DNA from: an uncultured delta proteobacterium
GTDB taxonomy: Bacteria > Myxococcota > UBA727 > VGSZ01
Direction: 5' to 3'
Length of the DNA: 64,000 bases
Assembly: GCA_963775425.1 (NCBI GenBank)
Contig: CAVZJB010000014.1
Coordinates: 32,001-96,000 of the forward strand
Under the pieces are notes generated by a model that was not told the origin of the DNA, did no database searches, and saw only the letters and a list, made by a program, of their open reading frames with translations. Positions 37,930-49,747 of this stretch are shown piece by piece (the first letter of the stretch is position 1; every line of letters begins with the position of its first letter). Position numbers and translations under genes: made by a program.

Positions 37930-38673
37930 TCACACGACGAGGCCGCCGTCCACGTTGATGACGGCGCCGGTGATGTAGCTCGCGTCGTCGCTGGCGAGGA
38001 ACGCGTACACCGCCGCGATCTCTTCAGGCTTCGCCAGGCGCTGCAGCGGTGTGCGCTCGCTCATCGCCGCGAGCACGCTCTGCGGCACGGGCGCGGTCAT
38101 GGGCGTCTCGACGAAGCCGGGGGCCACGGCGTTCACGCGCACGTTGCTCCGTCCGAGCTCGCGCGCGAGGGTCTTGGTGAGGCCGATGACGCCCGCCTTG
38201 GACGCCACGTAGTTCGACTGGCCGAAGTTGCCCGTGTGCGCCACCACCGAGGCGGCGTTCAGGATGACGCCGTGCTTTTGCACCTTCATCTTGGCCGCGG
38301 CGGCCTGAGAGAGGCGGAACACGGCGGTGAGGTTGACGGCGATGACCTTGTCCCAGTCGTCGACGCTCAGCTTGCCGACGGACGCGTCACGCGTGATGCC
38401 GGCGTTGTTCACGAGGACGTCGACGCCGCCCTCCATGGCTTCCGCGACCGCGGTGAGGCCTTGCGCACTTGCAACATCGGCGGCGACGTAGCGCACGCGC
38501 GCGCCGGGGGCGTCTTCGGCGCCGAGCGCTGCCGCCAGCCCCGTCTCCGAGAGCGGCCGCAGGTCGACGGCGATCACGCGCGCGCCCTCGTCGAGAAATC
38601 GCCGCGCCGTCGCGAGCCCGATGCCGCTCGCCGCGCCCGTCACCACCGCCGTCTTGTCTTTGAGTCCACGCAT
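37930..38673 (-). CDS. SDR: acetoacetyl-CoA / 3-oxoacyl reductase (PhaB/FabG-like)
   Basis: TGAASGIG, NNAGITRD, GNFGQSNYVASK; PHA-cluster context favours a PhaB-type role. Confidence 0.9.
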   Translation of the reverse strand: MRGLKDKTAVVTGAASGIGLATARRFLDEGARVIAVDLRPLSETGLAAALGAEDAPGARVRYVAADVASAQGLTAVAEAMEGGVDVLVNNAGITRDASVGKLSVDDWDKVIAVNLTAVFRLSQAAAAKMKVQKHGVILNAASVVAHTGNFGQSNYVASKAGVIGLTKTLARELGRSNVRVNAVAPGFVETPMTAPVPQSVLAAMSERTPLQRLAKPEEIAAVYAFLASDDASYITGAVINVDGGLVV

Positions 38674-38732
38674 GATCGCTCCTGGGAGAGAAAGGGTGCG
38701 CGGCCAACGTGCGCGCCTGCGGGCTGCGCACG

Positions 38733-38746
38733 TTGCGCCGCACAAA
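38733..38746. promoter_or_regulatory. Putative PhaR operator (imperfect)
   Basis: TTGC-GCC-GCACAAA upstream of the SDR gene. Confidence 0.5.
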
Positions 38747-38755
38747 TCGAGGTGC

Positions 38756-39016
38756 TTAGGCGAGCATCGCGCGGGCGCCGTTGACGAAGGCGCGGCCGGC
38801 CTCATGCATCGCGTGCGCCTGGGCGGCGGAGTAGCGGCTCGACTCCTGCACGGTGCGCTCCCACTCGGCGAAGCCCTTCTCCATGGCGGCCGCGCTCTCG
38901 TCGAGCATCCGCTGGGCCTCGCCCCGCCAGAACTGGGTGAGCGTGTAAAACGGCGCGGCCGCGTCGGCTGGGGGGGTGCGGGGGGCGGTCTTCTGCTCGG
39001 TCTTGTTGTCGCTCAC
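38756..39016 (-). CDS. Small amphipathic helical protein, putative phasin
   Basis: AAGGAGG RBS; 86 aa, Ala/Glu/Gln-rich; lies between phaR and the SDR gene with an operator upstream. Confidence 0.6.
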   Translation of the reverse strand: MSDNKTEQKTAPRTPPADAAAPFYTLTQFWRGEAQRMLDESAAAMEKGFAEWERTVQESSRYSAAQAHAMHEAGRAFVNGARAMLA

Positions 39017-39076
39017 GGTGTCCTCCTTGGTGTGAGTGACCGCAAGCTAGGCAGCGCTCGCAACTGCGTCAAGGAT

Positions 39077-39095
39077 TTTTGTGCAACGCACAAAA
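39077..39095. promoter_or_regulatory. Putative PhaR operator
   Basis: Perfect inverted repeat TTTTGTGC-AAC-GCACAAAA upstream of the phasin-like gene. Confidence 0.75.
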
Positions 39096-39216
39096 CCACC
39101 GGATCCGCCCGATCAGCGACCGGAGGGAGCGGCCGCGCTTGATCAGGGTCGCCGTCCGCGCGACGCGGGGGACGAGCCCCCGCCCTGCGGGGCGCCGGAG
39201 CGGCCGAGGACCGGGT

Positions 39217-39795
<579 letters not shown>

Positions 39796-39859
39796 GTCCC
39801 GTACGTAGGAGACCGGTGCGCATCCGTCAATCGGACGATTCCGATCCGGCGCGCCCGGA

Positions 39860-39910
39860 TGTGCGAATGCACAAAACCCCCTTGACAAATCCGCGCCCGC
39901 CCGGCTGAAT
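39860..39910 (+). promoter_or_regulatory. Putative PhaR operator plus -35 box of the PHA operon promoter
   Basis: TGTGC-GAAT-GCACAAAA (39860-39876) followed by TTGACA (39882-39887). Confidence 0.65.
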
Positions 39911-39917
39911 CCGCGCC

Positions 39918-40892
39918 ATGACGGGATCCGATCGCATGCTGCTTCGCAACATCGAGCCCGGTTCGAGCGCGGCCCTCCGCCCCGAGGACGTGCCCGCCGT
40001 CGTCGACGACGCCACCCTCGCCGCGGTCCTGCGCGCCGGCCGCCCCGACGAGCTCGTCTCCGGCGCACAGCGCGGCCTCCTCACCGTGCGCGGCCTCGCT
40101 TGCCCCACCATCGCCGCCGGCAGCGGCCGCCCCGTCCTCTGCGTGCACGGCCTCGGGCACGACGCGTGGGACTTCGGCCCGCTCTTTGTGCGATGCACAA
40201 AAGCCGCGTCGCTCCTCGCGTTCGACCTCCCCGGCTTCGGCCTCGCGGACAAGGTCCCGCCCGCCTCCGCGCCCGCACAGACGTTCGACATGGAGCTGTA
40301 TGTCGAGGCGCTGCTCGCGGCGGCGGCGCTCGCGCCGGAGCCGCCGGTGGTGGTCGCGTCTTCCCTCGGTGGCCACATCGCGCTGATCGCCGCCATGCGC
40401 GCGCCCCGGGCGTTCGCCCGCCTGGTGCTGGCGGCCCCTGGTGGCCTCGTCGGCGCGCCCGGCCCGCTGCAGGCCCTGCTCCGCGCCTACTACGCCGTGG
40501 ACTCCATCTGCGCCCGCAGCGAGCAGGAGCTCACGAGCAACAGCCACAAGATCTTCGCGCGCCGCGGCCTCGCCGCCGCCGACGCGCTCGCGGCGCGCAA
40601 GCTGGCGGTGCACCGCTCCGCGCGCAAGCGCGAGTTCGCCGTGCCGTTCGCCGGCATCGTCGACGACGTGTTTCGTCACGTCATCATGGACCGCGTCGCC
40701 GACGTGCGCGTGCCCACGCTGATCCTGTCGGGCGAGCGCGACGTCGTCGTCCCCCCCGACGCCTGCGCCACGGCCGCCCGCCGCATGGGCGCCCGCTTCG
40801 TGTCCTTCCCCGGCGTCGGGCACTGCCCGCACCTCGAGATCCCCGACGTCTTCGCCGACGCCGTCGTCACCTTCATCCACGGAGAAGCATGA
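39918..40892 (+). CDS. Alpha/beta hydrolase (cytoplasmic)
   Basis: VHGLG, FDLPGFG, nucleophile ASSLGG, GERDVVV, GHCPHLE. Confidence 0.9.
   Translation: MTGSDRMLLRNIEPGSSAALRPEDVPAVVDDATLAAVLRAGRPDELVSGAQRGLLTVRGLACPTIAAGSGRPVLCVHGLGHDAWDFGPLFVRCTKAASLLAFDLPGFGLADKVPPASAPAQTFDMELYVEALLAAAALAPEPPVVVASSLGGHIALIAAMRAPRAFARLVLAAPGGLVGAPGPLQALLRAYYAVDSICARSEQELTSNSHKIFARRGLAAADALAARKLAVHRSARKREFAVPFAGIVDDVFRHVIMDRVADVRVPTLILSGERDVVVPPDACATAARRMGARFVSFPGVGHCPHLEIPDVFADAVVTFIHGEA
40185..40201. promoter_or_regulatory. Intragenic copy of the putative PhaR operator
   Basis: TTTGTGC-GAT-GCACAAA inside the hydrolase CDS, with AT-ending codons atypical of the gene. Confidence 0.55.
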
Positions 40893-42612
40893 TGTTGCCC
40901 GGAGACTGGACCGAAGGCCTCGCGCGCCTGTTCTCGGAGAGCATCGCCGTCGTCGACGAGCGCACCGGTGAGCGCGTCAGCTACCGGGCCCTCTTCGCCC
41001 GCACCAGCGCCACCGCCGCCGCGCTCCAGGCGCTCGGCGTCGAAAAGGGCGATCGCGTCGCCGTGCTCGCCAAGAACCGGCTGGAGCACCTCGAGCTCAT
41101 GTTCGCCTGCGCTCGCCTCGGCGCGCTGTTCCTCCCGATGAACTGGCGCCTCGCGGAGCCCGAGCTCGGCTACATCCTCGACGACGCCGAGCCGTCCGTC
41201 CTCTTCTTCGAGCCGTCCTTCGCAGACGCCGCAAACCGCTTGTGCGCGGCACGCAACGTGCGGGCGCTCGGGCTCGACGGCGAAGAGGGCCTCGAGAAGC
41301 TCGCGCGCGCCGGCGCCAAGCAGGCGCCGGTGAAGCAGGCGCCGCTCGGCGAGGACGATCCGTGGCTCATCCTGTACACCTCGGGGACCACCGGCCACCC
41401 CAAGGGCGCGCTCCTGCCGCACCGGCAGGTCGCGTACAACGCGCTCAACACCATCGTCGCCCTGGACCTCGCCGCGGCCGACAAGACCGTCACCTACACG
41501 CCGCTGTTCCACACGGGCGGCCTGCACGTCCTCACCACGCCGCTGCTCATGAAGGGCGGCACCGTGGTGCTCGCCGACGGCTTCGAGCCCGAGCGCTTCC
41601 TGCAGCTCAACGCGCGCGAGCGCTGCACGCTCCTGTTCGGCGTGCCCACCACGTTCGAAATGATGGCGCAGGCGCAGGCGTTCACCGACGTCGATCTGTC
41701 GTCGCTGCGCGTGGCCCTGTGCGGCGGCGCCCCGTGCCCGCTGTCGCTGATCGAGCGCTACACCAGGCGGGGCATCGTCTTCAAACAGGGCTACGGCCTC
41801 ACCGAGGTGGGGCCCAACGTGCTCAACCTCAACGCCGAGGACGTCGTCAAGAAGGCGGGGAGCGCCGGCCGCCCCAACCTCTTCATCACCGCCCGCATCG
41901 ACGGCGACACCGCGCACACGGGCAAGGGCCGCGGCGAGCTGCTCCTCGGCGGGCCGTGCGTGTGCCTGGGCTACTGGCGCAAGCCGGAGGCCACCCGCGC
42001 CGCGTTCACGGCGGACGGCTTGTTCCGCACCGGCGACGTCGTCGAGGTGGACGCCGACGGCTTCATGACCATCGTCGACCGCGCCAAGGACATGTTCATC
42101 TCCGGCGGCGAGAACGTGTACCCGGCGGAGGTCGAGAAGGTCCTCGCGGATCATCCCGCGGTGCGCGCGGCGGCCGTGGTCGGCATCGCGGACGCGCGCT
42201 GGGGCGAGGTCGGCCGGGCGTACGTCGAGGCGCGCGAGGCCGTGGAGCCTGCGGCGCTCGTGCAGTTCGCGCGGGCGCGCCTCGCCGCCTACAAGGTGCC
42301 GAAGGACGTCGTCGTCGTCGACGAGCTCCCGCGCAACCCGAGCGGCAAGGTGCAAAAGCACCTGCTGTCCCGCGCCCCCACCGCGGCCGCGGCGCCGTCG
42401 TCGTCGACACAGGCGTCGTCGACACGGGCGTCCTCGACACGGGCGTCGTCGACACAGGCGTCGTCGACACAGGCGTCCTCGACACAGGCGTCCTCGACAC
42501 AGGCGTCCTCGACACAGGCGTCGTCGACACAGGCGTCCTCGACGCAGGCGTCGTCGTCCGGCTCTGCGGCGCAGGCGCCCGGCGCCGCGCCGCGCCGCAA
42601 GGAGGCGCGCGC

Positions 42613-42616
<4 letters not shown>
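40889..42616 (+). CDS. Acyl-CoA synthetase (AMP-binding) with repetitive C-terminal tail
   Basis: YTSGTTGHPKG, QGYGLTE, FRTGD, DRAKDMFISGGENVYPAEVE, LPRNPSGK. Confidence 0.95.
42401..42550 (+). repeat. 15-bp tandem repeat x10 encoding SST(Q/R)A
   Basis: Consensus TCSTCGACACRGGCG units from 42401, in frame. Confidence 0.95.
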
Positions 42617-43631
<1,015 letters not shown>

Positions 43632-43632
<1 letters not shown>

Positions 43633-44690
43633 TGGCCGAGCGCGCGGTGATGCTCGCTTCGTGCGCGGCGCTCGTCGTCGCGTCGTCGTGCGTGACGCCG
43701 GGTCTTCACACCACCGCCGCGCCGGCCACCGCCGGCGACGGCACGCGCATGGTGCAGGTGCGCGGCGCGTGGCTCCGCGTGCTCGCGCTCGGGCCGCCGC
43801 GAGGGCCGAGCCCCGGCCCGTCGGCCGCCGACGCTGACGCTGACGCCGACGCCAACGCCGTCGCCGGCGCCGGCGACGCAGCCGGGGGCGCCGGCGCGCC
43901 GGTGGTGTTCGTGCACGGCTTCGGCTCTCGCCTCGAGGCGTGGAAGCTCGTGCAGCCCGAGGTGGCCAAGACGCGGCGGACGCTGAGCTTCGATCAGCGC
44001 GGCTTCGGGCTGTCCGAGCGCGCAGAGGGCGCGTACGGGCCCGAGTCGCACGCCGCCGACCTGCTCGCGCTCCTCGACGAGGAGCACATCGATCGCGCGG
44101 TGCTGGTCGGCCACAGCTACGGCGCCGGCGTCGTGCTCCGGCTCGCCCTGCGTCACCCCGAGCGCGTCGCGGGGATCGTGCTCGTGTCGCCGTTCGCGCT
44201 CGACGAGCAGGTGGGCTCGTACTTCCACTGGGCGATGGTCCCCGGCCTCGGCGAGGCGATGTTCAGCGCGCAGTTCCGCGACTTCCCCGGCGAGAAGTAC
44301 CTGCTCGCGTTCGGCCCCGAGGCCAGGAAGAAGTACGTCTCCGTCGCCGCGCTCGACGAGGTGCAGCGGCTGCAGGCGAAGGACGGCTCCACCTACGCCG
44401 CCCTCGCCACCATCCGCGGCATGGACTACGCGTCCGTCGAGGACGCGTACGCGAAGATCGCGGTCTCCGTCACGGTGGTGTGGGGCGAGAAGGATCGTGT
44501 GGCGCCCATCAAGCGCCTCGAGACGTTCGCCGCCAAGCTCCCTCACGCGCGCTTCGTGCGCGTCCCGGGCGTCGGCCACATGCCGCCGTGGGAGAAGCCC
44601 GACGTCGTCGTCGACGCGGTGCTCGGCGCGCGCGACGCGCCGACGCGCCAGGCCGACACCGACGCGGGCGCCGCGGGAGGTGCGCGGTGA
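43632..44690 (+). CDS. Alpha/beta hydrolase, probable lipoprotein (exported esterase)
   Basis: VASSC lipobox-like; VHGFG, FDQRGFG, GHSYG, GEKD, GHMP. Confidence 0.9.
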
Positions 44691-46195
44691 GCGCGTTGGC
44701 TTTCGCCTTCGTCGCCGCGCTCGCGGCGCGCACCGGCACCGGCGACCCCGCCGAGATCTTCCGTGACAAGGATCCGCAGAGCGACCTCGTGCTCCACGGC
44801 CAGCTTCGCCTGCGCTCGGCGCTGTACAACAACCTCGAGCTCGACCGCCGCCTCTTCAAGCCCGACGCGCTCTTCCCGCAGGGGCTCGTCCTCGGCAACG
44901 ACGCGCGCGTGCGCCTCACGCCCTCGTTCTTCATCGGGGACGACCTGCGCGCGTTCCTCGACGTCGACCTCGTCACCGCGTCGCTCGGTGAGCCGGCGAG
45001 CGGCGGGCCCTACACGGTCCACGACCCGTTCCAGTCGTCGTTCCTCGACGTGCGCGCCGCCGGCGTCGACTGGCTCCTGCCCGTGGGCGTGCTCTCCATC
45101 GGCCGCATGCCCTCGCACTTCGCGCTCGGCATCGCCGCCAACGACGGCGCCGACCTCGACGACGACAACGGCGATCACGCCGACCGCGTCGCCCTCGTCC
45201 TGCCGCTGTACGGCCACCTGCTCGCCGCCGCCTTCGACGTCCTCGACCCGAACGCCCACACGCCGGGCTCGGCGCCCGCGGTGGGCGAGCAGGCGGTCAC
45301 CCTCGGCGTCATGAAGTGGCGCGCGCCCTGGGAGATCGCGCTGTACCGGGACGCCGGCCGCGCCGTCTTCGACTACGGCCTCGCGCTCAGCGCGGAGTGG
45401 TCGCTGAAGGACGCGCCCGGTCCGTGGGCGCTCATCGATCAACAGCTCGAGCCCGACGTCACCGTCGTCCGTCACGACACGCACCTCTTCGTCGCCGACG
45501 CGTGGACGCGCCTGGTGTTCGGCGCCGTGCGGCTCGAGGCCGAGGGCTTCGTCAGCGACCTCGGCATCGACAACCCCTCCGCCATCCCCGGCGTCGACGT
45601 GCGCGAGCCCATCACGGGCAACCCCGCGGCCGCCGCGCTCGTCGCCGACGTACGCGCCTTCGACGACGCGAGCGCCGACGGCGCGCACGCGCTCCTCGAG
45701 CTCGGCGCCGCGTCGGCGGATCCGGCGCCGGGCTTCCCCGCCGCCGACCCGACCACCGCCGCGGGCGCGCGCCCCGGCGACGTCTTCGGTCCGCAGGTCG
45801 TGTTCGTGCGCGACATGCGCTTCGACGCCGCGCGCATGCACCCGCTGCACCGCGTCGACCTCATCCTGTGGCGCACGCTGCTCGGCGGCGTCTCCGAGGC
45901 GGGCTACGTGCGGCTCAACGTCGCGGGCTCGCCGCTGCCGTGGCTGCGCCTCGAGGGCAACGCCATCTATTCGCAGGCGTTCGCCCCGGGCAGCGCCCCC
46001 GGGGGCGTCGGCCCCCTCGGCGTCGAGGTCGACGGCGCCGCCGTCGTCAGCGCGCCCTTCGCCCCCGGCGTCTCCCTGCGCGTCGACGCCGGCAACCTCT
46101 TTCCCCTCGGCGGGCTCGCCGACCTCGGCGGTTCGCCGACGTCGGTGTCGTCGTGGGCGCAGATGGTCATCGTGAGGCTCGGCTATGCGCTTTGA
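44687..46195 (+). CDS. Outer-membrane beta-barrel (TIGR04551-like)
   Basis: LHGQLRLR first strand, GRMPSHFALGIAANDG...DDNGDHADR, VDLILWR, LGVEVD, C-terminal VRLGYAL. Confidence 0.7.
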   Translation: MSALAFAFVAALAARTGTGDPAEIFRDKDPQSDLVLHGQLRLRSALYNNLELDRRLFKPDALFPQGLVLGNDARVRLTPSFFIGDDLRAFLDVDLVTASLGEPASGGPYTVHDPFQSSFLDVRAAGVDWLLPVGVLSIGRMPSHFALGIAANDGADLDDDNGDHADRVALVLPLYGHLLAAAFDVLDPNAHTPGSAPAVGEQAVTLGVMKWRAPWEIALYRDAGRAVFDYGLALSAEWSLKDAPGPWALIDQQLEPDVTVVRHDTHLFVADAWTRLVFGAVRLEAEGFVSDLGIDNPSAIPGVDVREPITGNPAAAALVADVRAFDDASADGAHALLELGAASADPAPGFPAADPTTAAGARPGDVFGPQVVFVRDMRFDAARMHPLHRVDLILWRTLLGGVSEAGYVRLNVAGSPLPWLRLEGNAIYSQAFAPGSAPGGVGPLGVEVDGAAVVSAPFAPGVSLRVDAGNLFPLGGLADLGGSPTSVSSWAQMVIVRLGYAL

Positions 46196-46203
46196 ACGCC
46201 CCC

Positions 46204-46223
46204 GGCGGGGGACAAGCCCCCGC
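46204..46223. repeat. REP-like palindrome (inverted copy of 10761-10780)
   Basis: GGCGGGGGACAAGCCCCCGC is the exact reverse complement of 10761-10780. Confidence 0.75.
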
Positions 46224-46226
46224 GCC

Positions 46227-47072
46227 ATGACGGTGCTCGTCGTCGTCGCCGCCGTCGTCGCGGCCGGGGCATGCGCGCCCGCGCCCGCGCCGGAGGACAC
46301 GCTGTTCACGCCGGTGGTGCTCCCCGCGTGCAACGCCAACGCCGACGGCATCATCGAGCACGACGAGATGCCGTTCGTCGTCGGCGCCACCGCGCGGGTG
46401 CGCGTCGGCGAGAACGTCCCCGTCGACGTCGCCGGCGCGCCCGCCAGCTCCGTCGGCGGCGGGGGCAGCGCGCGGGTGTGGGACCTCTCGCGCCCCGACC
46501 CCGACAGCGAGCCGGTGGGCCTCCTCACGCTGCAGTCGATGGACGGCCAGTGGTTCGCCGGCGACTTCCCGGACGCCGACTACGCCGGCCCCCTCGCGCC
46601 GGGCGGCGGTCTGCTCGGCCCGCTCGTCGTCGACGCCGACGGCGTCAAGCTCCTCGGCTCCGTCAGCGCCGACGAGAGCCCGCCGGAGGGACGCACCGAG
46701 CTCGCCTATCAGGACCCGGTGATGCTCTATCCGTTCCCGCTCCAGGTCGGCACCCACGCGGTCACAGAGACCCAGGCCGTCGACGGGGTGGCCCAGGGCA
46801 TCCCCGTCGCCGTCGACGACACCTACACCATCGACGTCACCGCCCACGGCAAGGTCATCCTCAAAGACCTCGTCCTCGAGGACGCCCTGCGCGTCACCGT
46901 GCGCCTCGAGCGCGTCCCCGTCGCCGGCATCGCCGTGCAGCAGGTGACGCAGGTGTTCGTCAACGAGTGCGTCGGCGAGGTCGCCCGCTTCGTGTCTCCG
47001 TTCGTCCCCCTCGACCAGGAGCTGCCCGACGACTTCGACGTCGCCGAGCAGGTCTGGCGCCTCTCCCTGTAA
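46227..47072 (+). CDS. Lipoprotein, paralog of 42613..43632
   Basis: AAGAC lipobox; NADGIIEHDEMP, WDLS, GQWFAGDF, YQDPVMLYPFPL. Confidence 0.78.
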   Translation: MTVLVVVAAVVAAGACAPAPAPEDTLFTPVVLPACNANADGIIEHDEMPFVVGATARVRVGENVPVDVAGAPASSVGGGGSARVWDLSRPDPDSEPVGLLTLQSMDGQWFAGDFPDADYAGPLAPGGGLLGPLVVDADGVKLLGSVSADESPPEGRTELAYQDPVMLYPFPLQVGTHAVTETQAVDGVAQGIPVAVDDTYTIDVTAHGKVILKDLVLEDALRVTVRLERVPVAGIAVQQVTQVFVNECVGEVARFVSPFVPLDQELPDDFDVAEQVWRLSL

Positions 47073-47108
47073 CCCCTTGCCCGCACCCCCATCGACCCAG
47101 GAGAAACC

Positions 47109-47327
47109 GTGTCGACCGACAAGAAGCAACAGCCGCTGCCCGAAGAAGCGCTCGACAAGATGATCAGCCTCATCGAGGGCCCCATGAACACCGCCGGCGA
47201 GAAGATCCTGTCGTCGACGATCGTCCTCGCCCCCCTCTCCCTCGGCATGGACCTCTCCATGCGCGCGCTCGCCCGACTGCGCGGCGCCGTCGACAACGAT
47301 CGCTTCGGAAAGAAGGCCCGCCGATGA
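47109..47327 (+). CDS. 72-aa protein coupled to phaC (candidate minimal synthase partner)
   Basis: AGGAG RBS before the GTG; stop overlaps the phaC ATG. Confidence 0.65.
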   Translation: MSTDKKQQPLPEEALDKMISLIEGPMNTAGEKILSSTIVLAPLSLGMDLSMRALARLRGAVDNDRFGKKARR

Positions 47328-48430
47328 TGACCGAGATCCTTTCGCGCAGCGGCTTGTTCAGCGCCGTCCCCACCGCGCTCGCCCGCATGAACGGCGCCAT
47401 GATGCTCGCGCGCGTCTCCCTCGATCGCACGCCGGCCCCGGTGGCGCCGTCGCCCGCCGTGGTCATCGCCACCGAGGGCGCCGCGCAGCTCATGCGCTAC
47501 GAGGCCGTGCCCGGCGTCGCCAAGAAGGACCCGATCCTCTTGTGCCCGAGCCTCATCAACCGGCTCTACGTGCTCGACCTCAAGGAGGGCATCTCCGTCG
47601 TCGAGGTGCTCAGAAAGGCCGGCCACACCGTCTACGGCATCGACTGGGGCGAGCCCGGCGAGGCCGAGCGCGGCGTGCGGTTCGAGGGCTTCGTGCGCCG
47701 CCTGCAGCGCTTCCTCGAGGTCGGCTGCGCCGACGCCGGCGTCGAGCGCATGCACCTGCTCGGGCACTGCCTCGGCGGCACCATGGCCACCGCGCTCGCC
47801 GCCACCGACGACAGCCGCATCCAGAGCCTCATCAACCTCACCGCCCCCGTCGCCTTCCACGACGCCGGGCTGTTGTCCAAGTGGACGCGCGCGCCGTTCT
47901 TCCACGCCGAAAACGTCGTGCGCGCCGTGGGCCACGTCCCGCCCTGGCTCACGCAGCCGGCGTTTCAAATCTTGAAGCCCATGGGGCAGCCGTCGAAGGC
48001 GCTGCGCCTGTTCCAGTCGCTCGACAAGCCGCAGTTCCTCGAGTTCTTCCGCTGCCTCGAGACCTGGATCAACGACAACGTCTCCATCCCCGACGCCTTC
48101 TTCGTCGACCTCGTCGAGGTGCTCTACAAGAAAGACGGCCTCGTCACCGGCAAGCTGCACTTCGCCGAGGGCCCGGTGGTGCTCGAGGAGGTCACGGTGC
48201 CGCTGCTCACGGTGGCGGCCGCCGAGGACCACATCGTGCCCAAGGACTCCGCGCTCGCCGGCGTCGCGCGCTTCTCCTCGAAGAAGAAGCGCACCGAGGT
48301 GCTCCCCGGCGGCCACATCGGCGTCGTCGTCGGCGGCCTCGCCCGCCGCCGCTTGTGGCCGCTGCTCCTCGAGTGGCTCGAGGAGACCGCGCTGCCTCCT
48401 CCCGCCATGAAGCTCGAGGTGCTCCAGTGA
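47324..48430 (+). CDS. phaC: Class III-type PHA synthase
   Basis: PSLINRLYVLDL, IDWGEP, lipase-like box GHCLGG, EDHIVP, GGHIG; about 368 aa. Confidence 0.9.
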   Translation: MMTEILSRSGLFSAVPTALARMNGAMMLARVSLDRTPAPVAPSPAVVIATEGAAQLMRYEAVPGVAKKDPILLCPSLINRLYVLDLKEGISVVEVLRKAGHTVYGIDWGEPGEAERGVRFEGFVRRLQRFLEVGCADAGVERMHLLGHCLGGTMATALAATDDSRIQSLINLTAPVAFHDAGLLSKWTRAPFFHAENVVRAVGHVPPWLTQPAFQILKPMGQPSKALRLFQSLDKPQFLEFFRCLETWINDNVSIPDAFFVDLVEVLYKKDGLVTGKLHFAEGPVVLEEVTVPLLTVAAAEDHIVPKDSALAGVARFSSKKKRTEVLPGGHIGVVVGGLARRRLWPLLLEWLEETALPPPAMKLEVLQ

Positions 48431-49632
48431 CCGCCATCGCCGCCGCCGCGCGCGGCGCCGGCGTCGCCGTCGACGGCCGCGCCCGCCAGCTCGCCATCGG
48501 GGCGTTGATGCCGATGGTCTACATGCTCTTCGGCGTCACCTGGCTCGCCTACGTGCCGCTGCTCCCCGAGGTGGCCAAGAGCGTCGACAAGCCCATCCCC
48601 GAGGCGGCGTTCCTCATCGTCGTCATCTCGTGGGCCAAGAGCTTCGTGCCCATCCTCGCCGGCATCGTCGCCGCGCGCATCGGGCTCACCAACGCACTGC
48701 GCGTGGGCGGCGTCCTCGTGCTGGTCGGCGCCGCCGCCCCGTGGATGCACAGCTACGGCGTGGCCGTGGCCGTGCGCTTCCTCTTCGGCATGGGCGGCGC
48801 CGTGTGGGTGACGCTTATGGGGCCGGTGGTGCTGGCGTCCCTGTCGCCGTCGCAGCGCCCGGTCGCCAACGCCGTCAACGGCGTCGCCGTCAACGCGGGC
48901 ATCGTCATCGCCTACGCGGTGACGTTGCCGCTCGCGAAGCTCATCGGTCCGCAGTGGGCGCTGACGCTCGCGAGCGTGCTCACGGGCGCGTGCCTGATGG
49001 CGCTCGGCTTCTGCGGCAAGCTCGGCGACGTCGCGCCCGTCTCGGTCTTCGGCACGCTCAAGGCCTACGCGCGCACGCTCAAGCTCCCGGCCACGTGGAT
49101 CCTGGCGGTGGCCTTCTGCGGCCCGCTCGCCTTGTACCTGATGCTGAACACGTACCTGTCGCAGCACCTGATCGCGGCGTACCACCTGGACCGCAGCGCG
49201 GCGTCGCACTGGATGATCTGGCTGAACATCTGGGCGCTCCCCGCGTCGCTGTTGTCGGGCGTGCTCCTGCGCCGCTTCAAGACCCCGGTGCCCATGCTGC
49301 TCGCCGTCGTCATCGCGCCCGTCGGCCTCTACGTGGCGCTGTCCGGCGAGGGCGACGTCGCGCGCGCCGTCGGCTTCGTCCTCGTCGCCGTCGGGATGTT
49401 CCTCCCGGTGTCGCCGCTGGTGACGACCGTCCAGAAGATCCCCGGGATGTCGCCGCAGGACTTCGGGATGATCGTCGGGACCATGTTCGCCGTGAGCTAC
49501 GTGGTCTCCTCCGCGATCCCCACCGCCGTCGCCCCCCTGGTGGCGCACGGCGTCGCGCTCGGGACCCTCCTGTCCGCCGCCGGCCTGCTGGGCCTCACAC
49601 CGCTGGTGGGCCTTCTGCTCAAACGCTCGTAA
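48427..49632 (+). CDS. MFS transporter
   Basis: About 12 TM helices; motif A-like AGIVAARIG; RFLFGMG; GTGA overlap with phaC. Confidence 0.88.
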   Translation: MTAIAAAARGAGVAVDGRARQLAIGALMPMVYMLFGVTWLAYVPLLPEVAKSVDKPIPEAAFLIVVISWAKSFVPILAGIVAARIGLTNALRVGGVLVLVGAAAPWMHSYGVAVAVRFLFGMGGAVWVTLMGPVVLASLSPSQRPVANAVNGVAVNAGIVIAYAVTLPLAKLIGPQWALTLASVLTGACLMALGFCGKLGDVAPVSVFGTLKAYARTLKLPATWILAVAFCGPLALYLMLNTYLSQHLIAAYHLDRSAASHWMIWLNIWALPASLLSGVLLRRFKTPVPMLLAVVIAPVGLYVALSGEGDVARAVGFVLVAVGMFLPVSPLVTTVQKIPGMSPQDFGMIVGTMFAVSYVVSSAIPTAVAPLVAHGVALGTLLSAAGLLGLTPLVGLLLKRS

Positions 49633-49685
49633 AGCCAAATGAATTCGGGCTGTCCGGCGTTCGCCCTACATCCCGATCCACGGTC

Positions 49686-49712
49686 GCAACGGGCCCTCCG
49701 GGCGGGCGATAA
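49686..49712 (+). promoter_or_regulatory. Possible sigma28/FliA-like promoter
   Basis: GCAA-N15-GGCGATAA versus consensus TAAA-N15-GCCGATAA. Confidence 0.35.
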
Positions 49713-49747
49713 TGGGGAGAGACCTTTTCTCTTTCCAGGAGTTTCCC

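Noticed and set aside
42401-42550. Iteron or mini-CRISPR reading of the 15-bp repeat
   Set aside because: It is in frame within a CDS, has no spacers, and no rep or cas gene is nearby.
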